Assembly (NCBI RefSeq): GCF_001194135.2
Contig: NC_068997.1
Coordinates: 11,501,841 to 11,565,840, forward strand
Direction: 5' to 3'
Length of the DNA stretch: 64,000 nt
Source of the DNA: Octopus bimaculoides
Taxonomy: Eukaryota
Below are positions 1-13,200 of the stretch, in pieces; within the stretch, counting starts at the first letter, position 1, and every line of letters starts with the position of its first letter. Below the pieces are notes generated by a model that did not search any database, was not told the DNA's origin, and saw only the letters and a program-made list of their open reading frames with translations. The position numbers were made by a program, and so were the translations under genes.

Positions 1-144
1 GTTTAAACCTGCTCTATTACTGAACCCAAAGATCAGAGATCTTCATTAAACGTTAGCTGCAAGACGTGTGTCTATTATCGAACCAAAAAAGTATTCAGTA
101 TTCCGTCTTTACGAGCGTTAACCTTCCCACACTTAGTGAATCAC

Positions 145-159
<15 letters not shown>

Positions 160-210
<51 letters not shown>
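160..210. repeat. (TG)n microsatellite, probably the internal microsatellite of the adjacent SINE fragment
   Basis: Direct read of a TG tract that runs into SINE body sequence at 213. Confidence 0.95.
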
Positions 211-212
<2 letters not shown>

Positions 213-270
213 ATCCCCCACCGTCGCTTGACAACCGATGCGGGTGTGTTTACGTCCACGTCACTTAGCG
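213..270 (+). mobile_element. SINE body fragment (same family as 26244-26748)
   Basis: CCCCCACCGTCGCTTGACAACCGATGCGGGTGTGTTTACGTCC is the reverse complement of the segment around 26380-26422 (ATAAACACACCAGCATCGGTTGTCAAGCGACGTCGGGGG). Confidence 0.8.
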
Positions 271-333
271 ATAATACAAAAGAATCCGAAAGAAGTAAAA
301 GAATAAAAGAATATATATATATAGATTGTTTTT

Positions 334-555
334 TTTTCAACAAATTTTATTCAACAAAAACAATAACAAGATTTAACAAAAATATCTTTAAATAACGGTC
401 TGGCTGTCTGCCATGCAAATGGGAAGCAGTGATTGAAGTAAATGCTGAATATGTTCCGCAATAATCATTTAAAGATGTTTTTGTTGCATGTTCTTATTAT
501 TTTTGTTGAATAAAATTTGTTGAAAAGAGCCCAATAATTATGCACCAACGCAATA
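334..555 (+). mobile_element. Mariner 3' end derivative with an internal inverted duplication (MITE-like)
   Basis: About 397-463 translates to a GLxxLPxKWEAVIEVNAEYVPQ*-like mariner C-terminus. It ends in TIR-like AATTATGCACCAACGCAA followed by TA. 334-393 is an imperfect reverse complement of 467-526. Confidence 0.7.
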
Positions 556-1249
556 TACATACATATAGCTAGCTAGATAGATAGATAGATTGAAAGATAG
601 ATAGATACGCAAACACACATAGTTATACATACTTGCATACATATAGACATATATACATATATACATAAATATTTAAGGCAAATTTAGTTAAAGTTATTCG
701 CTTAGAGAACGAAAAACGATTATTCGATCATTAGTACTGCTGTGCGCAATGGCCTGAATCACTTCTTGTATCTTAAAAATATTCCTGTCTGAATCAATAA
801 TATACACTAAAGCATGATTTCGGTAGTCAATTCCTATTTATTTCTAAACCAAATTTTACCATAATGTTCATCGCTTAACCAGAGTATTTGGCAACTTAGG
901 CAAAAAATGTCAAATCGGCCCAGAACCTCTGGGAATATATCTGCGTAAACAGAACTGTTTATAAGACCATTGGATTGATTGTACTTCTATCTCAAATGTA
1001 AACAAATTTTCCAAAATCTATATCACGATTAATTTGCCCTTCCTCTTGCAAGGCTCATTAGAGAAGCAAATAAATCGATTGAAAAACTGAATCTTTGTCA
1101 GTGGAATGACAGAGATCCAATACGTTGATCCACTGGGAGGTCACTAGCTTACAACTAAATCTACTTATATTGAATGTCATTCTAAGTCGGGGAGTTTTAG
1201 AGCAGTTACAGTATTTTCTACAGACTGGGTGTTCGATTCACGCGAGGGT

Positions 1250-1269
1250 TTCTTCTTCTTCTTCTTCTT

Positions 1270-1300
<31 letters not shown>

Positions 1301-1418
1301 TTCTTCTTCTTATTCTTCTTCTTCTTCTTCTTCTTCTTCTTCTTCTTCTTCTTCTTCTTCTTCTTCTTCTTCCTCCTCCTCCTCATCATCATTTTCTTCT
1401 TTTGCTCCTTCTTCTTCT
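1250..1418. repeat. (TTC)n trinucleotide array grading into (TCC)/(TCA)
   Basis: Direct read; it explains the poly-S, poly-K and poly-F ORFs in the track. Confidence 0.97.
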
Positions 1419-1510
1419 ATATATATATATATATAGATAGTTAGATAGATAGATATATATATATAGAGAGAGAGAGAGATAGATAGAGAGATAGATAGAG
1501 AGATAGATAC

Positions 1511-1555
<45 letters not shown>

Positions 1556-1583
1556 AAGAGAGACAGCCAGACAGACAGACAGA
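1419..1583. repeat. Compound (TA)n/(GA)n/(GATA)n/(GACA)n microsatellite
   Basis: Direct read. Confidence 0.95.
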
Positions 1584-2228
1584 TACTTTGACTGTTTGTT
1601 TGGTAATTTATACCTATGACTATAGAGATAATAATTATGATGTATTTATTTAATTGTCAACAATATTATTACATTATATATTTATAAGTATGATTTCTGT
1701 AATTATTCTACCAATTAACGTTACTACCGCTTTCCTAAATTCGTTGCCCTGCGGTGCAATTTATTCCCGATATTCTCAAATCTGAATTAATTTGTTACCG
1801 CTGTGTAATGCATTAAATATATTTAGATAGAAAGAGTGTATCCTACGACGTTAAATTTTCTTCCAACTTATGTAATATGTTTGGCAGAACCATCTTATGT
1901 ATATATTTAATTTATAATTAATTTCAAATTCATATTCATTCCAATTTTCCGAACATTACCTCTATCATCACCTTTGAATTTTTATTCAGCATGGCAATTT
2001 GGAAGCATATTTTAATAGCATATCGTCCATTTCAAATAAAGAAAAATGTATTTGTGAGATATTTTTAGAATATAAATTAATTTGTTACGCAATAAATCAA
2101 AATTTAGTTACGGTGTATTTGAAACCAAAACCTGTAAATGCCATTCTAATATCAAAGTTATTTCACAAAAATAAACAATGCAATGCTAGTTATATTTAAT
2201 TATTACAGATAGAAAACTGAATCTTAAT

Positions 2229-2268
<40 letters not shown>

Positions 2269-4621
2269 NNNNNNNNNNNNNNNNNNNNNNNNNNNNNNNN
2301 NNNNNNNNNNNNNNNNNNNNNNNNNNNNNNNNNNNNNNNNNNNNNNNNNNNNNNNNNNNNNNNNNNNNNNNNNNNNNNNNNNNNNNNNNNNNNNNNNNNN
2401 NNNNNNNNNNNNNNNNNNNNNNNNNNNNNNNNNNNNNNNNNNNNNNNNNNNNNNNNNNNNNNNNNNNNNNNNNNNNNNNNNNNNNNNNNNNNNNNNNNNN
2501 NNNNNNNNNNNNNNNNNNNNNNNNNNNNNNNNNNNNNNNNNNNNNNNNNNNNNNNNNNNNNNNNNNNNNNNNNNNNNNNNNNNNNNNNNNNNNNNNNNNN
2601 NNNNNNNNNNNNNNNNNNNNNNNNNNNNNNNNNNNNNNNNNNNNNNNNNNNNNNNNNNNNNNNNNNNNNNNNNNNNNNNNNNNNNNNNNNNNNNNNNNNN
2701 NNNNNNNNNNNNNNNNNNNNNNNNNNNNNNNNNNNNNNNNNNNNNNNNNNNNNNNNNNNNNNNNNNNNNNNNNNNNNNNNNNNNNNNNNNNNNNNNNNNN
2801 NNNNNNNNNNNNNNNNNNNNNNNNNNNNNNNNNNNNNNNNNNNNNNNNNNNNNNNNNNNNNNNNNNNNNNNNNNNNNNNNNNNNNNNNNNNNNNNNNNNN
2901 NNNNNNNNNNNNNNNNNNNNNNNNNNNNNNNNNNNNNNNNNNNNNNATATATATACATGCATAAATTAAGTGGTTGAGTTCAAGTTCATATGTTCGATGA
3001 TTCAATCACTGGGTCGGGGAATTGTATGTCATAAACTAGATTCATTTGATGCTCCTCGAGCTTCGTGATCAGTAAATGTGAACCAGCTTATTGTAGGTTT
3101 CGAATTTTCTCCTTACACCAATCACACTCTTCATGTTGTAAGGGGCGAAGTTTGGGTAGATGGGTTGTATTTCATATGTGCTCGTGATTACGAAGGCAAC
3201 TTCAACATTTGGTGAAATCTTAGAATAATTATATTCGTTGACAAGTAATACTCCAGCGCAAAGCACGCCTCTTGTTTTGGTTCAGTACCAATATGTCAAA
3301 TGTTACGATTAGTTTAAATGCATGTTTCTGCTTGTAAATATATGTGACTAATGATGTAATATATAAGCAAAAATGTGTATGTGAGAACTGAATGTGGTGT
3401 AAAATAGAAGTAACTCTTGATGACTATTCATTTGTGTGAAACAAACTTTTGCAGAGATAAAGCAATGTCGGTCTTCAGAGTATTTCGTTGTCCACATAAA
3501 TGTTCTAAAGGAAGCTTGTATTGAAATATGTGTAAGTCAGTATCAGACATTAAACGTCACTGATTTTTTCGCTCAAAAGCCAGGTGCATTGGTAGGCTTC
3601 CTAGAATCTTCTATTTACTTGATTTTTGATATAAAGTTGCTCTTTGTTTGGTATTATTAAATTGCGCTGTAGACATTAGCCGTTCTACAGTTATGTCTGA
3701 ATAAGCTTGACTACAATGCGTTGCTGTGGGAATGAAGCAGTAACCAATTGACTGTTACCTTAATTTCTAAATCACTTAATTATGGCGGCCCTGAAGCTAG
3801 AAATGAGCTTCTATGTTATGTTTCTATCTAGACGGTAAAATATTAAGAGTAACAGAGACAGAGAGAGGGAGAGAGAATGGGAGGGAGAGATAGAGAGAAA
3901 ATCAGTTCGTGAGGTATCGTGTAAATGCACTGTATATTGCTATTATAGATAGAATGTCATGGAAGTAAAAAAAATCGTAGAGCTAAATGATAAATATGCA
4001 TTATTAATAAAACAGAATACAGGTGTGAAGATGTATAAACGAATTTTGTTGGGAGGAATTCTTAATAATTTATGGATACTATGTCGCAAATGGAAAATCG
4101 TCATAAAAATATAATACTGGTCTTTTAGTCTCAACTAAATGAGACTAATATTTGATTGAAATATATCTCAAATTATCATGGAAAAAATTTATATTAGGAT
4201 GAGAAAATTAATTCTTAATTACCAATTAATTACTTCTTAATTATTTCAATAATTTGATGACTCAGTTTAGTATTAATTATAGAGCAAAAAATTAATAAAA
4301 CTGTTTAATGAAATTATTTAAATTTAAGCAAGAATTTCACTAAAGGAAAGAATATTAATAAGCAATACATTTTAAAATTTCATTTAATTGGCAATATTTT
4401 CTATGAAAATATACTGCATTAAATGGCACTAGACATATAAAGCCAAATAATTTTAGAACTGTGATTGTCATCAAAATTGTTCAATAGATTTTCATGCGTG
4501 CATGTATCAAAAATAATACATCAGAAAAGTTAATCACTGTAGCAGATATCGTAATTAGAAAATTATTCATATTCTCGCAGTGAAATAAACTGCAGGAAAT
4601 ATTCATTTTGCTATCTTCATC

Positions 4622-4790
4622 TTTTACTTGTTTCATTCTTTGGACTGTGGCTATGTTGGGGCATCGCCTTGAAGGATTAAGTCTGACTAATCGATTCCAG
4701 TACTTGATTTTAAGCCTCTCGCTTATTCCATTAGTATCTTACCCCGAACCTCCAAGTTACGTAAATATACAAGCCAGCATGTAAAACAGA
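4622..4790 (-). mobile_element. Degenerate SINE 3' portion (family of 26244-26430)
   Basis: CTTTTACTTGTTTCATTCTTTGGACTGTGGCTATGTTGGGGCATCGCCTTGAAG... aligns by eye with CTTTTACTTGTTTCAGTCATTTGACTGCAACCATGCTGGAGCAACGCC at about 26245. Confidence 0.6.
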
Positions 4791-5541
4791 AATCTTCTCC
4801 GTGATCGCTAAGCATCTTTAAAATAGCAGCGAAATACTGTCCCAATCAGTCTACTACATTGAGAAATAACTGTTATGTAACACCATCACATGTATCGGTA
4901 AAACGATAATGAGAACTAAAATCAAACGAATGTCACATCGCTTATTGCCTTCGATTAGACCTTCGAGAGTCTGCGGCACGTTTCTATTTTCTAACAACAG
5001 CGATATGAATTTAGAAATCATGACAACACATTTTCTTTCCCTTTCATCTAAATATTAATATCATATTTCCTTATATTTTGCATTATCTCACCATGACAAC
5101 AACTGGTATATTTTCGTGCGAAAACAATATCGCAATATAATAGAATGTTATCGCAAAATAACAGGTTATTGATTGATAATCATGTTTCCAATCATGCATT
5201 TGTGCCAAAACAGCAAATGTGAAAACATGTGGGGATATAAGCAGGCAGATAATAATATATATCTTTGGGCAACTGTATATATCTACATGTAAACGCATAC
5301 GTTAACATTATCTCTTTATTTGTCCACCTATATATCCATCTCTCCCTCTCTCTGTATGTGTGTAAATATATATAGAGAGTGAGAGATAGGGATAGAGAGA
5401 GAGAGAAACAATTTGTTTTATATCCCTGAGCGAGTGATATACAGTAACCGTTCGGGATATTAATGTTTATAAGTCAACAGAATGTGGCAGTCTTATAAAA
5501 GGCGATGTTACTACTCTTATATCCCCAGAAAAAAACATTTT

Positions 5542-5885
5542 CCAGCTGGCTATCGACACAGCCTGCTCGTGAGATTAACGAGTAAGTGGCTGAGCACTCC
5601 ACAGACACGTGTACCCTTAACGTAGTTCTCGGAGATATCCAGCGTGACACAGTGTGACAAGGCTGACCCTTTGAATTGCAGGCACAACAGAAACAGGAAG
5701 AAAGAGTGAGAGAAAGTTGTGGTGAAAGAAGAGTACAGCAGGGTTCGCCACCATCCCCTGCCGGAGCCTCGTGGAGCTTTAGGTGTTCTCGCTCAATAAA
5801 CACTCACGACGCCCGGTGTGGAAATCGAAACCGCGATTCTATGACCGCGACTCCGCTGCCCAAATCACTGGGCCATTTTGCCTCC
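5542..5885 (-). mobile_element. tRNA-derived SINE (family A), near full length
   Basis: Highly similar to 41786-42167 along its length. The minus-strand head GGAGGCAAAATGGCCCAGTG...GGTTTCGATTTCC carries A/B-box-like motifs. Confidence 0.92.
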
Positions 5886-6904
5886 ACACCAATATTATAG
5901 GCACTGCGTAATTGGATTTAATAAAACAAATATCAGAAAGCAAAACCAATTTGTGTTTCCAATGCAACAACGAGCCTATATAAGAGAATCTGTGTATGTT
6001 TGTACCTATTTATAAACGTTTATATAACCGTTAGAAACAAAATTCAATCCATACCAATAAAATATTAACTCATGTTTTTCATCAGCAACGATGGTGGATA
6101 CATGTTGTGCCTTACTAAAGATTTCTGTTGCAAGGACTATACTAATGAGTTTACAGTATTGTATTTGACGCCTCATTGTAGCATCATGTATGGAATTTTC
6201 GTATCGATACGCTAGTATGGCCACTAGCAAATAGCTGAAAGCAGCCAAAACGTATTAGTGCGAAACGCTGCAATTAAAAACTGAAAACCAGTTAAAAATT
6301 ACATTTTTTATCCCCACAGGCTTCACAGTATAGTCTAAACCATCGATTTTATGTGAAATTCTAACAAAATGAAATCAAAATATTACTTAAAATAACTTTC
6401 AATCAGTATAGAATATATTTATGGAGGGATAGAATATGAGACTAGCTGAAAAAATAAAATATAATAACTCATCTGTTAATTAAATCTGCTTCTAACTGTT
6501 AGCTCCTAAATCCCCGAAAATTTCACTTCAAATGTAAAACATACACTTTAGTTAATACGATTTGCGTGCAGTACTAAAAACACTACTCTATTTATAGTAG
6601 TGATTATATTGTTTGATATTGCAGATACTCCAGTGCATATATTTAATAACATCCGCAAATATATTCTACGAAGAAAAATGTGTAAAATAAGAAATCCATT
6701 TACACGCAAGATATAGCTCGCCTGTTGGAAACTAGGGACAACTTCAAATAAAATACGCGCAGCCCAGAACTCGACATTATACAAGTAATCAAGAAATAAC
6801 ACAAAGATTAAGCTATAGAAAAGCAAAATAACGGGCAAAAGTATTATGCAAATTAAAACACTAAAAGATATTCTGAAATATTACTGAAATTTCCTAGTTA
6901 CAGA

Positions 6905-7380
6905 AGCAACGCAAAGCAGCTTAAGCACAAACACCAAGATTGGTTGTCCCTCTTCTGTTGACCTGTCAAGAAGCAGTTTTTCGTTCATTTTGGCAATTTC
7001 ATGACAATATGTTTCTGCAGCAATGCTTTCTCTTGGTTATAGTGGATGAGTCATTGTGGATGATTTCAGCAGTACACCATCAAACCGTCACCATAACCGT
7101 CTTCTGAAGATCTTGGGCTTAGGGAGTTTTTCGGTACTTCATTCTGGTCCAATCACTGGGAAGAACGTTGTTTTATTATTGTATAGAATCCACTTTCCAA
7201 CACAAGGTACAATAAGGTCGAGAAATAGATCGGTCTGATTACGGAGTAGAAGCGACGAGCAAATTCATATCTACGCATTTTCTGATTCTCATTCAAATTG
7301 TGTGGTAGCCATTTGTCGAGTTTTTTTAGGTTTTCCGATCGCATGCAAATGGTTGCAAGCAGTTTCCTGATCTTAAGCAA
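6905..7380 (-). mobile_element. Mariner transposase relic (Hsmar1/cecropia-like), disrupted
   Basis: Minus-strand translation gives KKLDKWLPHNLNENQKMRRYEF (the WVPHEL motif), followed by frameshifted remains of the DEKWILY, PKPK and VNRRG motifs. Confidence 0.88.
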
Positions 7381-7679
7381 GATTAAGGTAAAATATTAGA
7401 AAAAAAAAAGGTGGAAAGCTGCTGCTGCCATAGGTTTGCGAACGATAATTGTATAAACCAAAGTAATTAATTAGTAACATTCTTTTTTTTTAAGTATCAG
7501 TGCGTTACAGTACTCCGTTTGAGAACCTCTGCCGAAGAGATTCAATACCATGGCCGCTGATGCGCTGAGATTTAAGTGTTCATAAAGTGTATGTAACATA
7601 TTTATCGCATATTACGGTTTTGACGTTTTTATTTTTATTCTATCCAGACTACTACAATCGAGCACTATAGTCATGTTTC

Positions 7680-7683
<4 letters not shown>

Positions 7684-7745
<62 letters not shown>

Positions 7746-8254
7746 NNNNNNNNNNNNNNNNNNNNNNNNNNNNNNNNNNNNNNNNNNNNNNNNNNNNNNN
7801 NNNNNNNNNNNNNNNNNNNNNNNNNNNNNNNNNNNNNNNNNNNNNNNNNNNNNNNNNNNNNNNNNNNNNNNNNNNNNNNNNNNNNNNNNNNNNNNNNNNN
7901 NNNNNNNNNNNNNNNNNNNNNNNNNNNNNNNNNNNNNNNNNNNNNNNNNNNNNNNNNNNNNNNNNNNNNNNNNNNNNNNNNNNNNNNNNNNNNNNNNNNN
8001 NNNNNNNNNNNNNNNNNNNNNNNNNNNNNNNNNNNNNNNNNNNNNNNNNNNNNNNNNNNNNNNNNNNNNNNNNNNNNNNNNNNNNNNNNNNNNNNNNNNN
8101 NNNNNNNNNNNNNNNNNNNNNNNNNNNNNNNNNNNNNNNNNNNNNNNNNNNNNNNNNNNNNNNNNNNNNNNNNNNNNNNNNNNNNNNNNNNNNNNNNNNN
8201 NNNNNNNNNNNNNNNNNNNNNNNNNNNNNNNNNNNNNNNNNNNNNNNNNNNNTC

Positions 8255-8302
<48 letters not shown>
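7684..8302. repeat. (GA)n and (TC)n microsatellites flanking an N-gap
   Basis: Direct read. Confidence 0.95.
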
Positions 8303-8304
8303 TG

Positions 8305-8560
8305 CCAAGTGAACAAAAGTAAATCGACTAAGTTGACTAACCAGGTATGGGATTCGAAGACCAACTGTACGCCACATGCAATCAAAGGGAGAATTAGAGA
8401 GAAATTCATGTTATATGTTAATGGATCTAAGAAACGAAATTCATGCATAGCAGAAAGATTCGACATTCTTTCGAGATCTAAGAATGCCAGCGCACTACTG
8501 AATTCTAAATTCGAAATTTTCAACAAATGCAAGCATAAGGACAATTTTCCTTCCGCAAAC
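8305..8560 (+). mobile_element. Penelope-like element, C-terminal part of the GIY-YIG endonuclease region
   Basis: KSTKLTNQVWDSKTN...YVNGSKKRNSCIAERFDIL...ALLNSKFEIFNKCKHKDNF matches the recalled PLE pattern STELSKxIWxLK...YxNGSKRCNLCLxEKxxIL...LLNKRSELxxKCRHxNKF. Confidence 0.75.
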
Positions 8561-8904
8561 TGGAATATACCACCTTATCCGGATTGCGCAGATATCTCGT
8601 AGATTTTGGCATAATTCTACATCATCAAGCTTAATTATCAGTTTACGGTAAAATAGGACATAGCTATAATATTCCTTCGCTTTTCTTTTCTCTTTTATTC
8701 ACTATTGCACCTTTTGTGTCAACTATTTTGTCGTCTTTTTTGTTATGATTTCTCTTCTACAAGTGCCCTGGTTTTCAAGTACGATAGGCCATCAAAGAGG
8801 CAAGATTACCTGAATAGAGAATATGTGTTATAAGAACCTACCTAGACCGTGTCACCAAAACAAGAAAATTTCAGTAGCTTGTAGCTTTGTACTGTGTATA
8901 TTTA

Positions 8905-9113
8905 TTTCTTTATTGCCTGCAGCAGGCTACACAGAGAGGGGACAAACAAGGACAGACACAGATATTGAGTCGATTACATCGACTCCAGCGCGTAACTGGT
9001 ACTTATTTATTCGACCTAGAAAGGATGAAAGGCAAAGTTGACCTTGGCGCAGTTTGAACTCAGAACATAACGGCAAACGAAATACCGCTAACGGTTCTGC
9101 CAGCTCTCCGCCC
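8905..9113 (-). mobile_element. SINE family B (conserved CCTTTCATCCTTTCGGGGTCGATAAA-type core) with a LINE-like 3' tail
   Basis: Core GAAAGGATGAAAGGCAAAGTTGACCTTGGCGCAGTTTGAACTCAGAAC is shared with the copies at 21913, 59231 and 63031. Tail 8905-8946 matches 43063-43104. Confidence 0.9.
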
Positions 9114-9458
9114 TTTTATACTGTGCATATTATATAAGATATTTATCTGTCACTGGATGAAGTACTTTTTGTTGATCTTACCGTAAAGAAGCTGCAAATA
9201 ATGAATGTGTGCATGTGTGGGTGTCCGTGCTCATGTGCATGTGTGTCTCTGTGTGGATTTAAGTCCGTTTCAGGAAACGTATTAGATTGTGCATATAAAA
9301 GCTTCTATATTAATATATCGGTTACAGCCTAAACACAAACTTGTAATAGCAGTTTTATGGTATGGGTTTGTATGAAGCTGTACCGATATAATATAGATAT
9401 ACAAAAGCTACGCTACGCGCGTAGCGATGTGTGAAGATATTAACATATCTATAATTTC

Positions 9459-9460
9459 CA

Positions 9461-9505
<45 letters not shown>

Positions 9506-9531
9506 CATTATTATTATTATCATTATTATTA
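9459..9531. repeat. (TTA)n/(TCA) trinucleotide array
   Basis: Direct read. Confidence 0.95.
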
Positions 9532-10252
9532 CTATGTATGTGTTTGTGTGATTGTGTGAATGTATAAATGCAAAAAAACATCACGCTCACAGATATGTAG
9601 ATAGATTGATAATATTGTAATTGTTGGTGTTGTAAAAGGAAGGAAATTTTTGCCAATAAAATTACATGCATTGTTTGTCTTATTATTGGGTTGGTTTATG
9701 GAATTCTTCTTTTGCGCCTCCGTACTTGAAGACCTTTTTCGTCACTATGTTATCAACCGAATTAATTGGTGGTATTGATTTTCGATATAAGAATATATAT
9801 ATATATTTATTCATATGCAGCCGGGCGTATAAAATATTTCTCGTACTTTGCAGAGTACATATGTGTATGAATAATGTGTTTGTGTATGTGTAACGTAAGG
9901 GTGTACATATATTTATATGCATAAATGTATAATATACCAGCATGCATAAACGCACATACACAATAATCCATATATATACACATACATACAAGTATACACA
10001 AATGTTCATATATATACGCAAGCATATATATATATATATNNNNNNNNNNNNNNNNNNNNNNNNNNNNNNNNNNNNNNNNNNNNNNNNNNNNNNNNNNNNN
10101 NNNNNNNNNNNNNNNNNNNNNNNNNNNNNNNNNNNNNNNNNNNNNNNNNNNNNNNNNNNNNNNNNNNNNNNNNNNNNNNNNNNNNNNNNNNNNNNNNNNN
10201 NNNNNNNNNNNNNNNNNNNNNNNNNNNNNNNNNNNNNNNNNNNNNNNNNNNN

Positions 10253-10288
<36 letters not shown>

Positions 10289-13200
10289 TCACCCCCGCCT
10301 TCGACACAAACAATGAAACATGCCATTTCAGAAAAATTGTTGTGACCAAGGCTAACCGAGATTGAGCATAATTCTGATCAACTGCTTTCAAGTATTTGTT
10401 AATATAAAATATTATTAATAAAGTAAATCTATAAATGCGACCGTTAACGTTTTGTTCGACGTATTACAGATGAGGAATTGCTTATTCGCTTACCTGTATG
10501 GTATGAAAGGTTCAGGCTGCAAATGTAATCAACATTGAAACTAGTTTGCTCGGACTAATGAACCCAATTATATTAACGAATCGAGCTGACTTAGCGGAAT
10601 GAAATTCCCGAATTGGAGTGTAAGGAGATCCTCAAAATCTTGTCAGCCTCAGTAAACTGTCAGTGTGCCATTTTTCACGAGAGAGACGATTGCCTAATTG
10701 TCAATAAGATATCAATGAGGGATCAACGTCTTGGTTTGGCAGATGGTTAACGAGAAAGATCAAGATGTTTTGATACTTACAAGAGTAGAATTTATTGCCA
10801 ACAGTTTTAGTGTAAGCGGCGGAGTTGGAAAGCACGAAACTGTGCCTTAAAGAAACTGTTTATAGTACATTCAAAGAATATTGTGTTGAGAGGTACATAT
10901 TTATTACCCAAATCATAGTCGTTCTCATGACACCTGGCGCTGAGAATTTTGAAATCGTGAAAGTGAAGCATTGTATTCATTCTTGTGTTGAAGAATAGCA
11001 TTTGGTATGCCTTTCAACGTTGTGTGCAAGGTATGCAGTAAACAGGCGAGAAACACTTTCTGAGAGTACATTTTACACTTTCCAAGATGCACTGCGATTT
11101 TTCTGTTTTCGAACTCAGAACAACAGATATAGTGTGTGACATTCAAACGATCTATGAGGAACGGATTTCTTTTTCTTTTCTTGCCTTTTATTTTCTTTTT
11201 CGTTATTTGTATCTCAAATATCTCCAGACATAATTCGGTTTGCAGAGTTCTGGTAATCATTAGAATCACCATACATTATCTTCAGCAAAATCTATTGCTA
11301 TTCCTTGGATATATTTTCATGTCAAATGCCATGTAAGATTATTTATATAACTGAATTAACTTAGGTTCAAGTGTATTCCTTCTTTAACCGCTATTTTTTT
11401 TTTCGAACGTGCCGAATATTTTATAGAAAATGTAAACATCCTTCCACAAATACAGAGACGTCAACGTCGTTTTTTAAGTAAACAAACAAATGTTAATTAA
11501 CTTAGATTTTGATTGTTCATCATGTCCATTACCTCTACTTCTCTCTATTACAAATATCCGGTGAGAGGGTCTTGAAATGGACCGTAAATAAAACTTCATC
11601 TGTCGTCTTTTCACATTGCAATGAGATCATAAAACGTTTCGATATTCGCGACACAGACGTCATAATTTATATAAATCAACCGGTCTCCATAAAAGTAGTT
11701 CTTATAACACGTCTTCAAACAGTTTCTCGCATTGACTCTTGATCCACGTTGAAATTTTCCATTGAAGTTCTTTTGACATACATCGGTTATAAACTGCAAT
11801 AGCTGAAAATTGATACTTAGAACATCAGAAATTATTTGTGGTATGAGGAGTTACTGTATCGTGGATATTTCTGGATATAAGTTGTCTCTCATACATATCT
11901 TATGATATTAAATTGCGACTGTAACAATTTAAGCTGGAGACACATGCAAATCGAAGTGAACCAAATCTCCTCATTATGTAAAAAAAAAGGCATGCTTTGA
12001 AACCCGAATGTTTATATAATTGATCTTATAGTATTCGCTTCATAGCAAAGGAGTGAGGATATGATTATATCCCACATTAAGTAATAGTTTCCATGTACTT
12101 ATCGAAGGGACTTATAGTGTTCCCGCAAAACATTAGAATAATATATGAAAAGTCATGTTACTACTGTTGAAAGTCGTTGCTCCCAGTCGCTAGTGGTAAT
12201 GTCTTCATTTAATTCACACACAGAATTGCATTTACGAAGTATCGGGAAAACAAAGGCCGGTAACTCACAAAGGTCTAGGAGTAAAAGTGTAATTTGTAAA
12301 ATATTCTTGATCTTTAAAATCTAGAGTCGTATTACCGATTATTGGACTTAAAACCTCTGCAAATCCCCTTGATTGGTACCAGAGAATATCCGACATGTTT
12401 CACTGCATTCATGTTTGGATAGAAGCAAACAGATATGTAAACCCTTAATTCATTAAAGTATATAAAAGGTGGGATGACACAAACTACGACACATTTAAAG
12501 GATTCCACTATTTTTAGTTCCAGAGAGATCTAAAATAGAATGAATGTTTGTAACTCATGTTTTTTTTTTTAATTTGTGTTAATCTGACAAAAAAAAAATA
12601 CGAACGATACTTTGTTTATGGTAGTATTTTTTGTTTATGATGTGATACTGTTCAATTTTCATTCTTGTCTCTGCTCTTCTTTAGTTAGTTAAGACATTGT
12701 TTGAGAGTGGATATATCGTTGCGTTGTGGTGTGCTGTTGATAGAGATCCTATAATTTAAATGTTACTTGATTTGGAAATTATATCAAATAGGAATTAGTA
12801 ATTACCTAATAATTTTTTTTTAAAATTCAAATCTCTTTTATATGTTATGCGCGATTCACTTGCTTCTTGTCATAAATGGAAGGTGAGGTGGCTGTAAGCA
12901 TACGGAGTGTCTGTAAACAATTTCACTTTGTTGACATGGAACATATATTTCCAAATCATATTGATTATTTGCAGTACGTTTTATTTATACGAGCAACATT
13001 TTCATATTCATAAGGATATATGTATGAAATTTTAATGTTTTGTCGTGTACAATTAGTGAAAGCTTATCATTGGGTGCAATGGATTATGTACTCTGATTTG
13101 TGTATATTTTTAAAACATGCTCATATATTGTTTATCTAGGGATTAATTTGTTTCAGGTAATAGGTAATGTGTTGTTTGTTAAAAAGTAATAGCTGTCATG

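Noticed and set aside
1194-1203. GTTTTAGAGC, resembling the start of a type II CRISPR repeat
   Set aside because: Single 10-mer with no array or spacers, in a eukaryotic context.
1125-1444. Poly-Ser, poly-Lys and poly-Phe ORFs
   Set aside because: These are translations of the (TTC)n array; the same applies to the 35.3k and 49.3k arrays.
2186-3005. Long ORFs spanning N-runs (also near 7.7k, 10k, 28k, 38k, 40.6k, 50.5k, 52.2k, 53.7k and 55k)
   Set aside because: They are open only because N codons and dinucleotide repeats contain no stops.
3010-3270. Minus-strand QPIYPNFAPYN, vaguely like the YSPDLAP/SPDLNP transposase motif
   Set aside because: The similarity is too weak and no other motif or TIR supports it.
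10470-10843. Short exon-like segments on both strands (DEELLIRLPVW on plus; 23-nt and 65-nt candidates on minus)
   Set aside because: They are mutually overlapping alternatives with no consistent frame partner, compatible with chance splice-like motifs.
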